Of a stretch of DNA of 64,000 nt, positions 56,775 to 64,000 are shown in pieces; positions within the stretch are counted from its first letter, which is position 1, and the number at the start of each line of letters is the position of its first letter. The notes beneath the pieces are model-generated. The model was given only the letters and a program-made list of their open reading frames with translations. It did not search any database and was not told where the DNA came from. The stretch lies in the NCBI RefSeq assembly GCF_009914755.1, contig NC_060926.1, one strand, 5' to 3'. This stretch comes from the human T2T-CHM13v2.0 reference genome, Homo sapiens. The position numbers and the translations under genes were made by a program.

Positions 56775-57620
56775 TCTCATAGCATGACTTCCAGACTCAA
56801 ATTGGATGGATTCAAATCCTGGCGTTGATATTTGCTTCCTGCATGACTCATCTTTTCAAAACCTTTGTTTCCTCATCTGTATTTATGACATGTCTGCTTC
56901 ATAGACATCTTGAAAGGATTAAATGAAATCTCAAAAACTCATGTTGTTCAAGGTTAAAAAAATATGTATATATATAATGTGTGTGTGTGTATATATATAT
57001 ATAATTAGCATAGCATTATGAACCCTCAATGAATGTTAGCCATTACTCGTACAGTGGAGTTGCATGATATACATGTTTAATGTATAAATTCACTTATAGC
57101 CATTCTCTTTTGTAAAATACATGTAGCATAATAATTTTAGATATATATATTACTATATATGATATATTAATTTGTACTTTAAAGTGAAATATTATCAAGG
57201 TTATTAAACCTCCCCCACACTGTATTTCTGTACTTTCTGGGTCATTTAAATGATCCTCAAAAGTAATTTTGACTACTGGATATTTTTTCCATATAGACTG
57301 ACTTTTAAGACTTAACCCCCCCCCCCCATCAGATGCAATTATTAGTTGTCTCTATACTAGTCAGTGTATTTTTATGTCAGACATTGGCAATTATATAAAG
57401 CTGTATAGTACTGAAAAATCATTTGGGCTCAAAATCAGAAGATCTAGGTTCAAGTAGAGCCTATTCCATTATCCAGTCACCTCACCTTACTGGATGTCCA
57501 TTTCTTCATTTATATAACAGGGATGATAACACTCCCATATCAGAGTGTTTGTAAAGATTAAATGCAATAAGGTATTCTCAGAATGCAATGTATAAACTGT
57601 AAATCACTAGTTATGTAGCT
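56775..57620 (+). mobile_element. Two MIRs (~56775-57045 with TA/TG microsatellite; ~57400-57620), with a C12 run at 57316-57327 between them
   Basis: GGATTCAAATCCTGGC...TTTCCTCATCTGT...AGGATTAAATGA; AAGATTAAATGCAATAAGG. Confidence 0.7.
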
Positions 57621-58269
57621 ATGATTGCATGTCTTTGTTACAGCAGCTTCCTTCCATATTTACATAGTCATATGGAAAGTAGGTAACCCTGAGCCTGGTA
57701 AGTTATTGGCTCTCCAATCCATCCTGCACTTTTTGCAGTAAGGAAAAACTCTCAGTGAGAGTTTTATGAATAATGATTCTTTGGGGATGGGAGTGAAGTA
57801 GATCTACATTATCTGGTATTTGTATTTGACAGCTTTAACTGCTAAGACCAAAGTATTAGAATCCTTTGCTCTTTCAGTCACAGCATACAATATTTAGCTT
57901 TTAGCAATTCGAAGCAGAAATAGGCAGCCTAATTTTAGTCCTGAGGTAAGTAGAGCAGGCATTTCCTTTCCTATTCAGATAAAATTATTACATACCTGTA
58001 GTGGAATATGCCAAACAAATCTAAGAACTAAACCATTTATCCTTCACCAATGGCCCTATTTTAAGTCATAAGAAATGTGCTCTCCACTGAAGTCCCCAAT
58101 ACAGTTTTCTCCTCCTCCTTCACATGCAAATATAGTCAAAAGTACTCTAAATGGACCATGCCTATGCTTACTAGAGCAGTGCAAAGGTTAGTAAAATTTC
58201 TGCCTCTGGGAGCCCAGAAAAAAAGTTAGCACACAAACATAGCTACACTCAGCTGCTTTATAACCCCTT

Positions 58270-59390
58270 TCTTTCTTAACTATCTTCCTAACTTGCCACA
58301 TTTGATTCAAAAATCAAAGCAATATTAGAAGGTATACACTGAGTATCCTGCTTTTTACCCTGTTCTGCCCCTGCTGCCACCTACTTCTGGTCACTGTTAT
58401 CACTAGTTTCTTTTGTACTCTTCTGATGTTTGTTTATATAAACACAAATATAACAACATAGATACAGATGTATTTTCCCTCTTCTTACACAAATAGTAGC
58501 ATACTATATATACTATTTTGCCCTTGCTTTTTTTACTGAACAATTTATAATGGAGTTTGGGGGATTAAATCTCCACACATAGAGAGCTTCTTCATTTCTC
58601 TTTAGAGTTACATCTTATTACATCAGAAGTATATGCCATTGCTTATTTAACCAGCCCCTAATAAAGGAACACTTTTTTTTTCAATCTTTTGCTGATGTAA
58701 AACCAGCACAGTAAATAACCTTAAATATTGTCATTTTGTATATGCACAGGATATCTCTAAGATACATTTCCAAAGGTATGATTACTAAGTCAAAGAGTGA
58801 ATGCATTTTTTAAGAATTTTCTATTGTTTCAATCACCTCAAAACAACAGATAATGAGGGCATCAGGGAAGAAACCTGGTGGCCGTGTTGTGCAGGCAGAC
58901 TTGCATTTGATCTGGGTTTCATCCTTGACTCGGTGCATGGCTTTGGGCAAGTTACCCCCCTCTCATGGAGCCTTGGTATCACCCTCTATCAAAAGTGGGG
59001 GCTGGTCCCTATCTCAATGGAGTAATTTTAAAATTAGATGAGATAATGGATGGGTCTTGTCTGTACTGCCACCTTTAAGATGCTGGGATTATTAACCAAA
59101 AAATGGCTACAAACCTGATGCCAGGCTCACTTGCTTTTTTTCTTTCTTTTTTGTTTTTAAATTATCAGATTGTAAAATGACTTTTTCTTTCTTTTGATAT
59201 ACTGTTCTATCAATTTTAATATATACATAGATTTGTGTAACTACTCAAAATCAGAATACAAAATAGTAAATATATTTTTAATTTGGATAGATACTGGCTA
59301 GTTGCTCTCCATAAAGGTTGTCTACCCACACTGCAATCTCCCCAACAATATATGAGTGACTTTTTCCTCACAGCCTTGGCAAATGATAGA
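58270..59390. mobile_element. L1ME 3' end (minus) interrupted by a MIR (~58880-59050 +)
   Basis: TAGCATACTATATACTATTTTGCCCTTGC; TTTGGGCAAGTTAC. Confidence 0.6.
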
Positions 59391-59964
59391 GTTGGTTATT
59401 TGTTTGCTGTCTGTTATTACAGCCTTCCCCATGCAGAAACACAGCAGCAGACTAGGACCACAGCAGCTGTCTGGTCCTTCTTCTCTTGATTAAAGTTGCT
59501 TAAGCCACAAATCTGAAGCTTAAAAAGAAAAATAAATACTAAACAGAGGCCTCATATTTTAATCACATTTCAAAGCAGCTACTTTCCCCATCTGCTCTTC
59601 AAACAAATAGACAGCTTAGTTTACAGCACTCTGTTATTCTGAATAACTACAGGATAACTGAAAGAGAGTAGAAAAAGTCATCTCAATAACAGTTATATAC
59701 CTTTGACATTGTAACTGTTCTTGTTCACAAGTTCCAGTGCACATACAACCTCTTTTTTCTCATCTGCCTCCTACCTAATGTCAAAACATTTAGAAATGAA
59801 AGCTGATTAAGATCTTATCATGTTGAATTTTGTAAACATACTAAAAGAAAGAATGATATTAATAGAATTGACATGAGAAAATTGGACTAAACTGTTTGAA
59901 GCATCTACTTTCTTTATTGTAGATGTAAATTAGCCACACTTAAGCAAAATACTAGATTTACAAA

Positions 59965-60277
59965 TCTCTTGCTTATGGGCCAGATTCAGCCAACAGGCTT
60001 GTATTGCTGGCCTCACATAATCTTTCAAAATTAGGAAATATTACATTGAAATCCAGATTTTACTGAATAATGAGAATATCTGAGAATAATATGCCCATAT
60101 TACCACATCACCACTGTTAGTTGGGGCATATACTCTAATTCACCGCATTTTTTTTTAAATAGAGGCAAGCTGTCACCATGTTGCCTAGGCTGGTCTGGAA
60201 CTCCTGAGCTCAAGCCATCCACCCACCTTGGCCTCCCAAAGTGCCGGGATTACAGGTGTGAGCCACTGTGCCTGGCC
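59965..60277. mobile_element. MER102-like hAT fragment (~59965-60146) and a minus-strand Alu monomer (FLAM-like, ~60152-60277)
   Basis: GGGCCAGATTCAGCC...TTAGGAAATATTACATTGAAATCCAGATTT; degenerate TSD TCTAATTCA...CATTTT at 60134-60151 and 60278-60295. Confidence 0.65.
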
Positions 60278-61971
60278 TCTAATTCATTACATTTTATATA
60301 CATTAAATTTTATACAATTTATATTTTATTAAAGTGATTTTATATATCACTTTATTCATTTTTTTCTACTTATTCTTCAGAATAGTGTATAATTTAGTAA
60401 AAATTTTAATAAGTTTTAATAGCAGCAAACACTTCTTTTTATTATTAGTATTTTCAGGTATCCATATAGTATTTAGCAATAATATTTCAATTGAAAGAAT
60501 TTACAGTTATTGTGACTAAAGTGTTTGTTCTTACAGACATGAAATTTGCCGTTTGACTTAGTAGCTGGATTATTTGTCGTAAAGCTTTTTTTCCGTTTTA
60601 ATACATGAACATATTTTCTTACCATTTTGGGAAACTATTACTGATTTTTATTACTTTCTGAATGATTCTTGCTTTTTATCATCTGATATGTTTATTATTT
60701 CATATTCATGTGTCATTTGACTTTTAATATATAACTTTTAAAAACTTTAGTTGCTGAGAAATGTTGTGCCAAGATTCATCAGAGTTATGATCATATTTCT
60801 TCTGCATTTCGATCCCCAAGCTGACAAGCAGACTTACCCACATAACTTCTCATTGATTTTAATTTTCCAGACTTTGCAGACCTCTGTTTATTTAGGTAAG
60901 CTGTAATCACTTTCTCACCCTACTCCCAACACTCTCTGCATTAAAATCTATCATTTTATAAACAAAGATTGCAGATGATGGACATTGCTTTCTTTGTTAA
61001 CACTGTACCAGAACTATGAATGCTTTGTTTATGAGCATAATTAATTAAGGTTTGCCTCTGTTTTAAAAAAGGTATTCATTTAATCTGGTTGTACTCATCT
61101 TTAAGAAGCAAAATTATTTTTATGACTTGTCCTTTATTATTATTGTTGTTATTATCTAAGAATAATTGCAGCCAGGACAAGGAATCTAAATGAAATAGGA
61201 ACCAAAGACTTATGGTAAAGGAACCGAAGATTTACGGTAAATAGTAGTGGTAAGTTTAGTGGTACTTAGTTATGAAAAATATTTAACTGAAGGCTATTTA
61301 AATGCAAGTTATAATTTTAACTGTGGGAATAATGAAGAGCAACAAAGGATAAATGACATTTTAATTTTCATTTTTGTAATTTCTAACAAAGTTGATGATA
61401 ATGCAATATGACATCTTGCCCTTATTGTTTAACTTTCTATTATGGTTTTTAAAGAGGTTCTTTTTTTTGCAAAAATATTCAGAGGGTTTTTTAGTTTTCC
61501 TAAAGGTGTCTCCAATCATTAATGTTTATATTATTCTCCTTTCAAACACCCATTGAATCATGATCCTTGCTTATTTTCTTTATTTCACTTTTAACTGCTC
61601 TTACTGGCTTTATTTGTGATGTGAGTAGTGTTCAAATATAATTTTCATTAACTCCATGAAATCCCACATCTTTCCCAATATTGACTTTGCATAAATTTGC
61701 ATATTTTATAGGCATAGATAGCATCCCAAAAGAACAGATATGTTTACACCATCCATTGATTAGAGAAAGACTGACCAACAAAATTTTTGTCATGAAGAGT
61801 AAGAACAGGCTCTTTAGTGTTGAGTAGGGAAGGATATTTGAGAAGGGCCCAATTAGTGAGTGACGGATGTATCAGTCAGTTTTTTATGCTGATAGAACTT
61901 TTGATTCGGTAATGAATATTCAGGTAATGGGACCTCTCCTGTTTTGCCTTCAGTCTTCTGAATATGGGAAT

Positions 61972-62365
61972 TGTCTTAGTCCATTTTGTGTTGCTACAAC
62001 AGAATACCACAGATTGCATAATTTATAAAGAAAAACGTATTTCTCATGATCCTGCAGACTGGGAAGTCCAAGGTCAAGGGGCCTGCATCTGGTGAGGACC
62101 TACTTGCCACATCATCCCAATGGCCAAAAGCAGAAGAGCAATAGAGCATGTGTATAAGATAAAGCAAGAGAGTGTCAAACTCACTTTTATAACAAACTCA
62201 CTCTCACAATAATGAACCCATCCTATGATAACAACATTAATTCATTTATGAGGGCAGACCCCTCATAACCTAATCCCCTCTTGAAACTCCGAGTTCTCAA
62301 CGTTGTTGCTTTGGGGATTACATTTGCAACACATGAACTTTGGGGGACGCACTCACTCTGTAGCA
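61972..62365 (-). mobile_element. MaLR solo LTR (MST family)
   Basis: TGTCTTAGTCCATTTTGTGTTGC...GGGAAGTCCAAGGTCAAGG...TTTGGGGGAC...GTAGCA. Confidence 0.85.
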
Positions 62366-62537
62366 TAAATGGTGAATTTCTGGATAGCAAGATTCTGAAG
62401 CTTTTCAAGTTTATTATAGATGCTTTCTCATCTCAAATAACTCATCAACTATGGCATTTTTAAGTACCATGAAAGTGTGTGTTATGTTGGTGTGTGTGTG
62501 TGTGTATAAACTTCAGACCTTTAAAAAAGTGATTTCT

Positions 62538-62892
<355 letters not shown>

Positions 62893-63679
62893 TCAGTGTT
62901 GATAGTGACATTTATTTAGCATGAATCATATTCTACTATCCAAGAAAGATATTTTGCTATGTCATAGCTATGAACCAAAATAACCTAGCACCAATTGATT
63001 CACCATTATATTATAATAGATGCTCCAAAAACAAATACATACCAAGGGAAAAAAGCCCTGATGATCGGACTAGGTGAACCATAGGCGCAATTAACTACTC
63101 AATGCAGGGATGTGTGTAGTGTAATCTATCACAGGATACTTTGTTAGAAGTGAGTCTTGAAGTAGAAATAATAAAAAGGAAAAAAAAACAGTAATCTAAA
63201 AATGAAATGATTAAATGTTATAAACACTAAACAGAATTTTTTAAAGGCTGATGCTTATGGTTCAAAGACTTTTGAATAAAGACCAAGACTTCTCTGTGTT
63301 TTCTATATATTTAGTAAGTTCTGTAATTAATAAATCTTATCCTAACCTGCAGTGATCTCTCTCATCTGAATTTCCAGAGGCTTCATTTTTCTGTATTATA
63401 TCTTTGACAAATAATTGTGTGCAGCCCCTGAACAACTCTTCTGCTGTTTTCTGAAACTATTTATTTAAATCTCATATGGTTATTGAACTACTTTTGTGCT
63501 TACAACTTCCCAAACTATAAGCTTCATTCATTACAGTGCCTTGCTAATAGTAGAAATGGCCAAAATAGTTTTTTTATTTGACTCAAGCTGATACAAACTC
63601 ATTCTTTTCCAGAATAAGAAAAATTAACTTTACTCCTATTTAATGTATAGTACATTTATCTCATAAAACTATGCAAAGC

Positions 63680-64000
63680 CTTTATAGCAAATATTAACAA
63701 TTTCTCCTTTTATGAAACTTATAATGAGTTCTTCTTTCAATATAGGTTATGAGTGGAATTTTAGATTCATGTTCTAGAGATTTGGTAAGACAATAGTGCT
63801 CATGAGGGTAAGATGACATGTTTGTGAAAATGTCCAGAAACAGGTATTTTCTTACACTGTGGGTAGGTATAATTAGTACAACTCTTGGAAAACAACTAAT
63901 CAATGTATGTATGCCATACCTACATTGGATACCTACCAAGGTATGCCATACCTACATAAAGGATAAAAAGATATTATTATCCTTTAACTCAGTTTCTAAA
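63680..64000 (+). mobile_element. Ancient L1ME 3' fragment (approximate)
   Basis: CTTACACTGTGGGTAGGTATAATTAGTACAACTCTTGGAAAACA resembles the L1 ORF2 C-terminal region. Confidence 0.5.

Noticed and set aside
60871-60895. 25-nt microexon candidate TTTTCCAG|...|GTAAGC
   Set aside because: Such site pairs are expected by chance in 64 kb; no other support
61198-61241. 22-bp tandem duplication GGAACC(A/G)AAGA(C/T)TTA(T/C)GGTAAA
   Set aside because: Ordinary diverged slippage duplication with no functional clue

Overview
Human (primate) repeat-rich, AT-rich intronic DNA; an AluYa5 at 62538 points to human. No intact protein-coding gene is present: the recognisable ORF-track entries are decayed L1, Tigger1, ERV or Alu sequence, and the rest look like chance ORFs. 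A single 151-nt + strand exon (7638-7788, AG acceptor, non-canonical GC donor) matches, from memory only, a non-coding 5'UTR exon of MBD5 (2q23.1), so the window is probably MBD5 intron/exon/intron. Main contents: an L1PA nested in an older L1M; two Tigger1 copies that appear to share private variants; and a near full-length HERV-S/HERVL18 provirus (LTR18A, gag-pro-pol-env, 5-bp TSD) plus a SNORA48-like snoRNA retrocopy, both inside the second Tigger1, which sits in an L2. There are also many Alu/MIR/L2/L1M/MaLR/MER fossils. I found no convincing new multi-gene system. The best leads are the uAUG-dense GC-donor exon with nearby RBFOX motifs, the snoRNA retrocopy, the sister Tigger1 copies with repair scars, and the LTR18A motif differences. 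Family and subfamily calls come from remembered consensus sequences, and boundaries of ancient repeats are approximate.
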